A program made the translations under genes and the position numbers. A stretch of 56,798 bases of DNA, filler included, from Stramenopiles sp. TOSAG23-3 (Eukaryota), in assembly GCA_900128585.1 (NCBI GenBank). It is 6 parts of 6 records of this genome, joined end to end, with 100 filler letters (N's around TTAATTAATTAA, not from the genome) between each part and the next. Parts side by side here need not be neighbours in the genome. Positions count along the whole stretch, not along the records: positions 1 to 16,922 come from LT642470.1; 5 more parts are not named here. One strand, 5' to 3'. A model generated the notes under the pieces. The model ran no database searches and had not been told where the DNA came from. It worked only from the letters and a program-made list of their open reading frames with translations. Within the stretch, counting starts at the first letter, position 1; each line of letters begins with the position of its first letter. Shown here piece by piece: positions 1-9,800 of the stretch.

Positions 1-2
1 GA

Positions 3-45
<43 letters not shown>
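1..45. repeat. (GAAA)n microsatellite at window/contig start
   Basis: Directly visible GAAA tandem run. Confidence 0.95.
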
Positions 46-46
<1 letters not shown>

Positions 47-420
47 GAAGATAGTATGAAATCTAAAAAAAAGAAAGAAAACAACATTAAGATCCAGTTT
101 TAAAGCTCTGATGATCAACTCCATCCAGAACAAATTTTTCTCAGCAGCAACAGAGCAGCTAATGATGAAAAAAGGAGGTGCTGAAACCATATCCATAATA
201 TACACTAACTAACTAGCGCTTTCTTCTTTCCCGTAAAAGAGTATATATGTAGACCAATTACTGTTCTTGCATAAAAGGTTTTAATAAATTGCAAAAGGAA
301 AAGGAACGCCGGCATTGAATAGTTGTAGTGACAGGTTTTAAAAAAAGGAGTGTCTTAAATTACCATTTTATTTTCCATTTACTCTCTTTAAGAAACGCAG
401 AACAAAAAAAACGCAGAACA

Positions 421-1953
421 ATGGCAAAAAACTTTCAGGTCATGGGCCAGTCCCCAGGGTCTATAAACTCGTGGGCGTCGCCGACCGCAGAACACGGGCC
501 CCGGAAGTCGTTGCCAGGGGACGAAATCGAGGAAGAGGAAGAAGAGAAGCATTGCTGCGCTACGTTTTGTTGCTGCCTCGTGGACCGTCTGCCACAGAAC
601 GCCCGGAACACTCTGACGCAGAAAATCCCCAACGTGGGGTGGATCGTCATTTGCGCGGTCCTGGGGATAATCGTAGGCGTATGTTTTGGGGGACAGATTA
701 CAGATATCGAGACGAGGTACCTGAAGCTGCTTGGGGGCTTGTGGATGAATGGCCTAAAATGCGTCGTCCTGCCCTTCGTTTTCACAAACATGATTACGTC
801 CATCGCGGACGTCCGAGCGTTGAAAGGGTCGAAGAACTCGGCCAAAATGACCTTCCTGTGGTATTTCTTGACGACCCTTCTCGCAGTGTCCGTGGGGGTC
901 GTCTTCAGTACGGTGATGTTGCTCCCCAACCAGACACAAATCACGGACGGGAATCGGACCGAGCTGTACAAGCAGTTGGAGAAAAAATCCGATCTCGTGG
1001 AAAAGCACAAGTTTAATACCGCCGAGCAACCGGCCAAGATTGCAGAAATGTTCGTCACAGACAATATCGTGAAATCCATGCTCAGTTTCGATTTGATCGC
1101 AATCATCTCTGTCGGCATCATCATCGGCTTGTTCATTGAGACGCCAGAGCTGAACGGCGGGGAGGGGCGGGCGGGCGCCCCGAAGAAGTCATTCGTCTTC
1201 ATTGCGTTCATGCGGGAAATCAACAAGCTCTGCTTTAAGCTGATCGCCATCCTCGTTGCGTTCACCCCCATCGGTGTCTTCTCCCTGGTCGCTGCCGCGG
1301 TGGCGCAATCGAACTTGGGGTCCCTGATGAAGGACATTGGCCTGTTCCTCGCCACCGTGCTGAGTGGGCTGGCCTTCCACGCGCTGATTGTTTACCCATG
1401 CCTCTTCTTCCTCTTCACGCGCTCCAACCCGTTCCGCGTGATGAGGAACGTCATGCCGGCGTTCTTAACCGCTATGTCGACGGCCAGCTCGGCTGCCACG
1501 TTCCCAGTCACCTACCGAAACGCGGTGGACAACAACAAAGTCCGCCCGTCGACCGCAAAGTTCGTCCTGAGCCTTGGGATGACCATGAACATGGACGGCA
1601 CTGCCATTGGCTTCCCGTGCGCCGTCATATTCATGGCCAATGCCAGCGGGATGACCCTCACCTTTGGCCAAATCGTTGGTATGGCCTTTACGTCAGCCAT
1701 GGCATCCATGGGCGCTGGACCCATTCCCTCCGCCGGGCTTGTCATGTTGGTCTCTATCTTGAGCTCGGTAGGTATAGACGCCGCCACCAACCCCATATTT
1801 GGCCTCATCATCGCCGTCGATTGGGTTTACGATAGGCCAGAAACGGCGCTCAACATTTTCGGCGACAGCCTGGGAGCCGTTGTGGTGGACCGGTACACTG
1901 CAAAGTCGAACGAGGACGGCCTCGCAGGGACGGAAATGACGAATACTGCTTAA
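421..1953 (+). CDS. Dicarboxylate/amino acid:cation (Na+/H+) symporter, DAACS/SLC1 (GltP-like) family
   Basis: Multiple TM helices; LKCVVLP, Ser-rich STASSAATFP (HP1), MNMDG (TM7 NMDG motif), GAGPIPSAG, and AVDWVYDRPETALNIFGD (TM8). ATG 421 chosen over the GTG at 328. Confidence 0.93.
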   Translation: MAKNFQVMGQSPGSINSWASPTAEHGPRKSLPGDEIEEEEEEKHCCATFCCCLVDRLPQNARNTLTQKIPNVGWIVICAVLGIIVGVCFGGQITDIETRYLKLLGGLWMNGLKCVVLPFVFTNMITSIADVRALKGSKNSAKMTFLWYFLTTLLAVSVGVVFSTVMLLPNQTQITDGNRTELYKQLEKKSDLVEKHKFNTAEQPAKIAEMFVTDNIVKSMLSFDLIAIISVGIIIGLFIETPELNGGEGRAGAPKKSFVFIAFMREINKLCFKLIAILVAFTPIGVFSLVAAAVAQSNLGSLMKDIGLFLATVLSGLAFHALIVYPCLFFLFTRSNPFRVMRNVMPAFLTAMSTASSAATFPVTYRNAVDNNKVRPSTAKFVLSLGMTMNMDGTAIGFPCAVIFMANASGMTLTFGQIVGMAFTSAMASMGAGPIPSAGLVMLVSILSSVGIDAATNPIFGLIIAVDWVYDRPETALNIFGDSLGAVVVDRYTAKSNEDGLAGTEMTNTA

Positions 1954-2146
1954 ACAGCAAGTGGTTTGGAAAAAACCTGGCGTCGTAATAAAAATTGTTT
2001 TTTCCCTTTCAAAATAAGAATTATAAGAAGAGGAAGGTCGGCGAGTTCCTTCGGGGTTCATATGATATTTTCAATTCTTTGCGTTTTTAACTGTAACTGA
2101 AGACACCCTTCTGACATAATAATATTGGATAAAAAAATTAATAATT

Positions 2147-2276
2147 CAACTACCGATCATTATTTCATTGTGAGAAGTACCACAGACAGCGAGCCCATTT
2201 AAACATTTATGCCGCTGTGTACTTTTAAGACCAATCAATTGGAATCTTGACCAGAACTTGGGGAGGATCTGCAATA
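2147..2276 (-). repeat. Dispersed ~130+ nt element, copy 1 (related copy at 40893-41158)
   Basis: Its reverse complement shares TATTGCRGATCCTCCCCAAGTTCTGGTCAAGATTCCA and GCTCGYTGTCTGT.GTACT...ATGAAATAATGATCGGTA with the second copy. Both copies abut N gaps. Confidence 0.8.
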
Positions 2277-2972
2277 NNNNNNNNNNNNNNNNNNNNNNNN
2301 NNNNNNNNNNNNNNNNNAATAAATAATAATAATAATTTAAAATGATGAAATATTTTTTGTTGACGAAGTTAACTTTTAACATTGAATAGCATTGAGATTG
2401 CTGAAATTGTTCCGCAGAAAATTCTTTCTATTATTATTATTATTATCTTTCTTTCTTTTTTTTTTTTTTTTTAATTTTGTGAGCACAATATAGGGGAATA
2501 ATATATAATAATTTAAAGGATTTATTAATAATAAAAAGAAAGAATTTTATAATTAATAAATTATAAAGATTTTCGCTCTGACTCTTCTTCTTCTTCTCAT
2601 CATCATCTGTGATGAAGATTAAAGTAATAATAATATTATTAGGAGGAAAAAAGACCACAACTGTGGAGATCAAATAATATAATTATTAATATCAACACAG
2701 CACACACTTTGAACTTTTTTGATGGCTTCTTCTTTTTTTTTTTTGTGCGTGCGCGCAGTGAGAATGAAGAAGAAGGAATGTAGAAGATTATTGGAATCCA
2801 CATACATATACGTATTAGATATATACCATGCAAACAACGAGACATGGTCTCATTTAAAGCTTTGAATTCAAAAAGTACGTACGTACAGTTTTAACTTTTA
2901 TCACGTGTATACATTTATCTTGAACAACGAACAGCGTCGTTATAAACATTGTACATAAATATATATAGTGAA

Positions 2973-5480
2973 ATGTATGTTTGGGGGAACAATGATAGCG
3001 GTCAAGTACACGGTGGAAAACAGGGGCTGGTGAAAACGCCAAAGCGGTTGCCAGCAGGAAACGTCGGTTCGGTGGCGTTTGGGAGTAATCATACGGTTTA
3101 CGTAGACGAGTACGGATACGTTTGGTCTGCGGGCCGAAACCAGGAAGGCCAGCTCGGTCGAGGAAACACGCAAGCGTCTCCCCTGTCCCAAGAGGTCCAC
3201 GGAGAGCTATTGCAACACCGTGTCGTAAAAGTTGCAGCCGGGGCGAACGCCACCTACGCCGTCACGGCCAGTGGAAAACTATTCAATTGGGGCTGGGTTC
3301 CTGCAGAAGTGGACAAGGACGGAAAGGTTATTGTGGACGGCAAAGAGCCAGATCACACAAGTGGAAAGCTTCTGACTGCGCCTGAGGAGAGCGACGAGGC
3401 GTCCCGTCCCACGTATTTGCAGCGCGTTCTCAAACGGAGCGCCCAGGCCTACTTGATGAACGACCCGGAGCTGTTCGTCGACGACGAGAAGGCGTCAGCA
3501 AACACTGGAATCCTTGCTGTGCAGATAAAAGGGGTAAAAGTGCTGCTTCCCAAAGAGGTTCCCTTCCCCGGACGACGAATCTCAAAAGTGTGCTGCGGCC
3601 AGTCCCACGTGCTGGTCCTGGATCACACCGGGGCATGCTATTCGCGCGGGTACAACGATCGGGGGCAGCTTGGTAATGGCCAGCGGGCTCACTCAGCGAA
3701 ATTCGTAAAGGTAAAATTTCCAGCCGACGAAGCAAAGCGCATCGTAGACGTGGCTGTCGGCTCTCAGCACAACCTCTTCCTGCGGGAAGATGGGGTAGTT
3801 CTTTCCAATGGATCGGGGGCACTAGGGCAGTTGGGCTTGGGGCCGACCGTGTCGGACAAGTTGGTGCCGACCGTCCTACCGTGTTTCTTCAATGGTGGCA
3901 TTGACATCATCGTCGCGGGGCAGTACCACGGTTTAGCAATCGCGCGGAAGCGCAGGATTGTGTACTCTTGGGGTTTGAGCGAGTACGACATACACAACAC
4001 CACCGGGAGAAAGCCAAGGTTTGTGGAACACTTTTCCCCGAAGCCGCTGCTGTTTCCACGGGCGTTGAACCTCGACGACTGCACAATACTAGATGCGAAA
4101 GCGACCTCCCATAGCACGATCCTGCTGATGTCTGACTCCACCGTTGTCACTTGGGGGTGGCACGCAAGCTATGGGCTGCTGGGGTGCGGGCAAACGATCC
4201 AAATCGGTGCACAGAAAATCCTGGGCATTTCAAGCGTCAAAAACATTTTTTGCGGCGAGTACAACGTCGCCTGCGTAACCGAACAGTCCACTCACACCTA
4301 TGGTATGCATTTCGAACAGATGCCTTACACTTCCGAATTCGAAGACGTTCGCTTGGTGGTAACATCGGGGAAGGACGCGGCGGCCATCGGGGGTGGGAGC
4401 AAGGCCGAGTTCTTTCTTCACCAATTTATTATACGCCAGAGGGCGCCAAAATTGTTCGACCAGCACCGTTTTGCCGATGGCCGGGGCGTCAGGGGTGTCC
4501 GAACTTTGCCTATCAAATGCTCGTCGGCTAGGGAAGCCATGGCTTTCAAAGCCCTGGTCGATTACATTTACACGGATCACTGCCGCTTGCCAAACCACTT
4601 GATACCACACTTGGCCTCCTTGGCCTTGCGGTACGGACTTGCCGCTCTCTACGAACAGTGCACGGGCTCTTCCATTTCGGCAACGAACGTGACCAACGAG
4701 GAGAAAGGTGAATCGGTGCTTGCAGGAAACCGTGGGGCTCTCTTGGGTGCCATCAAGAGCTTTAAGTGGAAGGGTAGTCTTCGTGACAGGTCTAGTCGTC
4801 AAAGAGGTTCCGATGACGAACTTCGGACGATTGTCCCTGCTGCCCCAACGCCGTCCCGGGCGCGGCACGTGATGCCGGGCCAGAGCAGAGACGATACGAA
4901 GTTTCGAGGTCCTAATAATGCGTCACCCAAGACGTCTGGAAAGCATAACACCGCCAGTCTTCCTTCTACGTTTATCTCGGACTTTCAAAAGATGCTCGTC
5001 CCGCGCACGGCCGATGGCGACCAGGAAAGCTTTGACATCACGTTCGCCTGCGTTGACCCAAACGATGGGTCCCAAACGTTGTGCGGTGCCCACCGATCGA
5101 TCCTGGCATTTCGAGTTCCCTACTTTCGCTCCCTCCTGTTCGGTGGGTTTGCCGAAACCTGCAAAAGTGTTTTGCCGATCGATTGCGCCTTTTCTGTGTT
5201 TACTCAAATTTTAAAATGGATCTACAGTGGAGACAAGAGTGTAGTCAACGAGTCGAACGTATTAGAAATATTGAAGTACGCCAAAGAGAAGGGCATAGAT
5301 GATTTAATGAAATTTTCGGAAGTCTTTGTAGCCGAACATTTGGACAGTGACAACGCGGCCCACATCCAGGAATTCGCCGCTGTCTACGGATTTCCTCGCC
5401 TGGAACTGGAGGCATCTTTGCAACTGAGGGCATCCTTAAAGTCTGAAAACAGCGACGACAAGCAGACTTGCCAAAAATAA
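2973..5480 (+). CDS. RCC1-repeat beta-propeller protein with two BTB/POZ (plus BACK-like) domains; probable Cullin3 adaptor
   Basis: Repeated WGxNxxGQLG / VAxGxxH RCC1 motifs; BTB signatures (EFFLHQFIIRQRAP; AHRSILAFRVPYFRSLLFGGFAE...ILKWIYSG). A short upstream exon is possible (ATG 2844, GTACGT..TAG intron 2879-2968 keeps frame). Confidence 0.88.
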   Translation: MYVWGNNDSGQVHGGKQGLVKTPKRLPAGNVGSVAFGSNHTVYVDEYGYVWSAGRNQEGQLGRGNTQASPLSQEVHGELLQHRVVKVAAGANATYAVTASGKLFNWGWVPAEVDKDGKVIVDGKEPDHTSGKLLTAPEESDEASRPTYLQRVLKRSAQAYLMNDPELFVDDEKASANTGILAVQIKGVKVLLPKEVPFPGRRISKVCCGQSHVLVLDHTGACYSRGYNDRGQLGNGQRAHSAKFVKVKFPADEAKRIVDVAVGSQHNLFLREDGVVLSNGSGALGQLGLGPTVSDKLVPTVLPCFFNGGIDIIVAGQYHGLAIARKRRIVYSWGLSEYDIHNTTGRKPRFVEHFSPKPLLFPRALNLDDCTILDAKATSHSTILLMSDSTVVTWGWHASYGLLGCGQTIQIGAQKILGISSVKNIFCGEYNVACVTEQSTHTYGMHFEQMPYTSEFEDVRLVVTSGKDAAAIGGGSKAEFFLHQFIIRQRAPKLFDQHRFADGRGVRGVRTLPIKCSSAREAMAFKALVDYIYTDHCRLPNHLIPHLASLALRYGLAALYEQCTGSSISATNVTNEEKGESVLAGNRGALLGAIKSFKWKGSLRDRSSRQRGSDDELRTIVPAAPTPSRARHVMPGQSRDDTKFRGPNNASPKTSGKHNTASLPSTFISDFQKMLVPRTADGDQESFDITFACVDPNDGSQTLCGAHRSILAFRVPYFRSLLFGGFAETCKSVLPIDCAFSVFTQILKWIYSGDKSVVNESNVLEILKYAKEKGIDDLMKFSEVFVAEHLDSDNAAHIQEFAAVYGFPRLELEASLQLRASLKSENSDDKQTCQK

Positions 5481-5599
5481 GAGAAGATTAAAGCGTCCGC
5501 ATTACATTAATTTGTTTTTTTTTAATAAGCTTTTGCTTTTTACTTTTAAAAATGTACTTCAAGATTCTCACTTTTTACTCTAAAGTATATAATTTTTTT

Positions 5600-6565
5600 T
5601 TACTCTAAAGCAGAAAAATTATCCATCTGTCCTTTCTGCTGCTCCTCGTGTAATTTTATTTTTTTTGTCTCTACTCTTGCCGTGCTCTCGGGCCCGCGCT
5701 TCTTCGGTAGACCCCCTCTGGTCTCGGCACTTTCAACGCCTGGGGGGGGCTGATTCTGACCGGAGCAGGCTTTGAACATCTTTATCAATTCCTTCCGTTG
5801 GTAATGCTTTGCAAGATCAAAGGGCGTTCGCCCGTGAACGTTCTTGACCCTAGTAACTTCAATTGGGCATTCGGTCAAAAAAAAATTCAGCGCTTCCCTG
5901 TTGTCGTTCACGACTGCGTAATGCAACGGGCTATTTTCAAAATCTTTGTCCTGCTTAAAAATACTCTCCTTGCTCGCAAAATACAGCTGCTTCAACACGG
6001 ACAGCTTACAATCGCACATAAGCGCCACATGTATCGGAACTTGCCCCTCCCTGTCTTTTACAAGGAGCAGCCCTGGGTAATTCTCTATGACAAAAGGGAG
6101 GCACTCGGTCCCTGTGTACGCCGCATAGTGCAGGACCGTCTTTCCATCTTTGGCGCCCACCGCAGGGTTCCGTGTGCACTTGATCAATTTCGCCAGCGCA
6201 GAAAGTGGACCGCTGTTCATTATTAAGCAGTGGATAGGCAAACGACCGTTGTTGTTAAAAATGTTTGCTGCTTGCGGCGCTACTGACAGCAAATATGGGA
6301 CGCTCTGAAAGCTGTTGTAGCAGGCATAGTGCAGCGGCGTTTGACCGTTTTCGTTTTGCACCATCAATGCACTTTTGTTTAATTCGCACAGCGCCTTTAT
6401 TGTAAGCAGCGGCGCGTCGAAAGCCACAGCATAATGCAATGCTAATGATCTGTTTTTATTTGGTTTCAAAATCGGACTGCTGTCGATGTCAAAAAGTTCC
6501 CGCACACGTTCCGGGGTAGTCCGTTTCCACTGGTCCTCCAGAACACTTTGCAGGTCACCACTCAT
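5600..6565 (-). CDS. Ankyrin-repeat protein (about 7 repeats)
   Basis: GQTPLHYAC, GRLPIHC, GKTVLHYAA, GQVPIHVA, NSPLHYAV and GRTPFDLA motifs. Confidence 0.9.
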   Translation of the reverse strand: MSGDLQSVLEDQWKRTTPERVRELFDIDSSPILKPNKNRSLALHYAVAFDAPLLTIKALCELNKSALMVQNENGQTPLHYACYNSFQSVPYLLSVAPQAANIFNNNGRLPIHCLIMNSGPLSALAKLIKCTRNPAVGAKDGKTVLHYAAYTGTECLPFVIENYPGLLLVKDREGQVPIHVALMCDCKLSVLKQLYFASKESIFKQDKDFENSPLHYAVVNDNREALNFFLTECPIEVTRVKNVHGRTPFDLAKHYQRKELIKMFKACSGQNQPPPGVESAETRGGLPKKRGPESTARVETKKIKLHEEQQKGQMDNFSALE

Positions 6566-6871
6566 TCCCCCAGCTTCGAATCTTGCCTAGCCTGAGTGAG
6601 GCTGAAACGTCTTATATAGCACGAGCAGAAATACGTTCGTCAAAAATGCTGACTGCACCTTAGCGTCGAATGATTTACGTTTTGAACCGTCCTATTCATA
6701 ATTCTTCGTGCAGAAGGGGTATGATATAAAATGGTCGACGATTGCGAGAAGAAGAAGAAAGAAGAAAAAGAAAAAAAAAACAATATAATAAAGATTATCA
6801 GTAATGTAAATAGGTGTTTAACATTATAAGTACATATTTATAGTAGTCTAAGAAGTACCTCGCTGGCGCCG

Positions 6872-9800
6872 TCACGAAAACCCAAGGGCCGTCCCCCAGC
6901 TTTTGTCTGCTGCCGCGGGGGAATCAGAGCCTTGCAAAGCATCGCTAAAAGCAGAATTCTCGACTGCCGCAGACGAGGCATTGTAGAGTCTTTCCTCTCT
7001 TGCCTTTAGGGCTTCTAGATCGTTCGCTAGGCAAAGCGCTTCTTCATCCAAACTTTGTTGTTGACGCTTTAAAGTTGCTGCCCATTTCTCCAAGTCCTTG
7101 TGCCGAGCTCCTCCGGTCCCTTCTTCGCGATTTTCATCCCCATGAGTCTCTTTGCCTGTGCTGCTCTGCGGTCTACCGTTTTGTTCTATTTCAACGATGC
7201 GGCCTTGCAACTTTGCAATCCTTGCCATTAGTTCTAACCGACGCTGGCGTTCGCCCTCTTTCGAGCGTCGAAGCTCTCCACCGTCCGCGCCGTTGCTGTT
7301 GTCCTTGTTTGCCCCATACAGCATGGAGGCCTCCCATTGCTGCAATTCCCGCTCCCGCTCCATCATGCTCTTTTCTCGCTCGTTCAACGCGTCGATTGTT
7401 CTCTGTATGCTTTGCATTGCCTTCTGCCTGCTACGCTCTTCAGCGTGTTGTTCCCGAAGGGTCAATTCTCTCTCTCGCTTTTCCAATTTAGACCGAGTCT
7501 CTTCCATCATGATGCGCTGCTTCGCCATAGCGGCGCGCTGCAAGATCCTATCTTCGCCGTGGGATAGCTTCGTGTCCTCTTCTGCCTTTTTCAAATTTTC
7601 TTCAGCTCGCGCCTGCAACTTTTTAAACTCTGCTCTAACATTTTCAGACTCTTGGCGCACGGCAGCATTCTCCTTCTCAAAATGTGCTATCTTTTCCCTC
7701 GTTTCTTTCAATTCTGCACGCAGCGTTTCTCTCTCGTATTGCTGTCCTTGGCTCTCCATGGCGTTGGATTCAATTGTTGACAGCCTTTTCTTCAGCTCCT
7801 CTGTCTTCTTCGCGCAGTCCGCTTCAAATCGTTTGCGCTTGGCGTCCAGCGCCGCTTGGCGAACTTTAAGGCCTTCCTCTAATTTCTCTAACTCTTCGGT
7901 AGAGTTCATAATTCGACGTTTCTTGTTCAGTAAGTCCTCTTTTGCTCTGGTGAACGAGGTATCCCGTTTCTCCATTTGAGCAAGCTTTTCGTTCAGTGAC
8001 TGCTCCCACTGGCTCAACGTCTGCTCTTTTCGATCCAGCTGAGCTTCCTGCGCCTGGAGCTTAGTCTTCAAAGACTCCATGTCCCCGGCGAGCGATTCTT
8101 TGGACTTTCGGACTTCGTCTTCTTTGTCCTTCAACACTCTCTCTTTTGCGTCGAGTTCTGTGCGTGTGCCCTCCGCCTCTTTGATGGTGCTGCTGCGAAG
8201 CAAGGAAATTTCTTCCTCCCTGGATGTCAACGCCTTCTCCTTGTCTCGCAGCTCTTTGTGGGCTTCTTCCAATTCTTTCAACATAGCCATCTTCGAGTCA
8301 ACGATTTCTCCTTCCTTGGCCTTTAATGCCTTTCTCTCGCTTTCCAGCTCCAAACGACTAGTCTTTGTCTGTTTCTGAAAAGCTGCATTCGAGCGCTCCA
8401 ATTCATCCTCCCTCTCTTTCACATTCTCTTCGTGTGCGCTCAGCTTGGAGCGGCTTATCTCCATTTCCTTAAGAAACGAGGCTTTCAAGTTTTTTATGAC
8501 CTCCTCTTTCTGGTTCAACGATTCTTCTCGCGTTGTCAAGTCGTTGTGGGAGGCTTCCATGTCCTTCGAAAATATAACGTTGGTGGTATCTATTTGAAGC
8601 TCTTTGGCCTTTACTTTTGCCTCTCGTTCGTCCAGCTGAACGTGGGAAATTTCCATTTCCTTCAAAAAACCCGTCTTGGACGCCGAGATCTCTTCTATTT
8701 TTTCCGATATTTCGCGTTCCTGCTCCTTTAAAAGCATTTCAGTCTTCTTCAAAGCAGACAGTTGGGAATTTCTTTCTTGAACGAACGATGCATTCTTAGC
8801 AATTAACTCCTCTTCAAGTTTTCCTAACTTGCGCTCTCGGTCGCGCAACTCCTCCCGAGTAGTTTCGATCTTTCTGGAAAATGAAATCATTTCTTCTTCT
8901 ATTTCAGCTTCTTTTTCCTTCATCACTCTCGTGAGTTCTGCATCCTTTCTTTCCAAGTTGTTTTCTTTTTCAACAAGCTTCTTTCTCTCCTCTTCGATTT
9001 TTTTCGACATGGACTCCTTTTGAGTCTTGAAGCTTTTGAGGCGCTGCGTAGCGCTCCTTAACGTTGTCTCCAGAGCATTTATTTTGTCTTCTTTTTCTTT
9101 CACCTGGCGCTTTAAAGCATCGGCCCTGTTTGCGGCTATCATTCCAGCAGACGTCTGTGACTTGGACTTTGTGGCAGCCAACTCCGACAACTCTTTTTTG
9201 GTGGCCAAATTTGCCTCTTCTATTTTTTTCAGTGCTTCACGGAGTTCGGTGATTGTCTCGTCTCGTTCGAGAACCTTCTTTTCTTCGAGAAATAACGCTG
9301 CAGCTCTTTCAGAAACAATCTCCTTGCGCTCCCCATCATATTTCTCCTGTATTTTCGTTATTTCTTCGCTCTTCTTCTCCAGCTTACCCCATGCTTCTTC
9401 GACTTTGTTCCTTGTTTCTTCAAGAGCAGNNNNNNNNNNNNNNNNNNNNNNNNNNNNNNNNNNNNNNNNNNNTCTTTTTCCTCAATGATGGAAACGTTGT
9501 TTGCCGAGGATTTTTTTCTTTCATTCTCAAATTCGCTTTGCAGTTTAACCAGCGCGGCAGATTTTTTCTCTAATTTTATCCACGTTTGCTCCAGGTTTTC
9601 CCGAGCAGAAGACAAATTTATCTGGAGACGCTCGATGGTATCGTCCTTCTCGCGTACGCTTCTCGTAGTTTCTTCGAAAATCCCAGTTTTCGCTGCCACC
9701 TTCCTTTTCTCAGATTCTAGCTGTGCTTGCAATTTGACAGTAGCAGTCGCTTTCTTTTCCAACTTTACCGAAGCTTCGTCGAGCTTCTCCCGGATGACAA

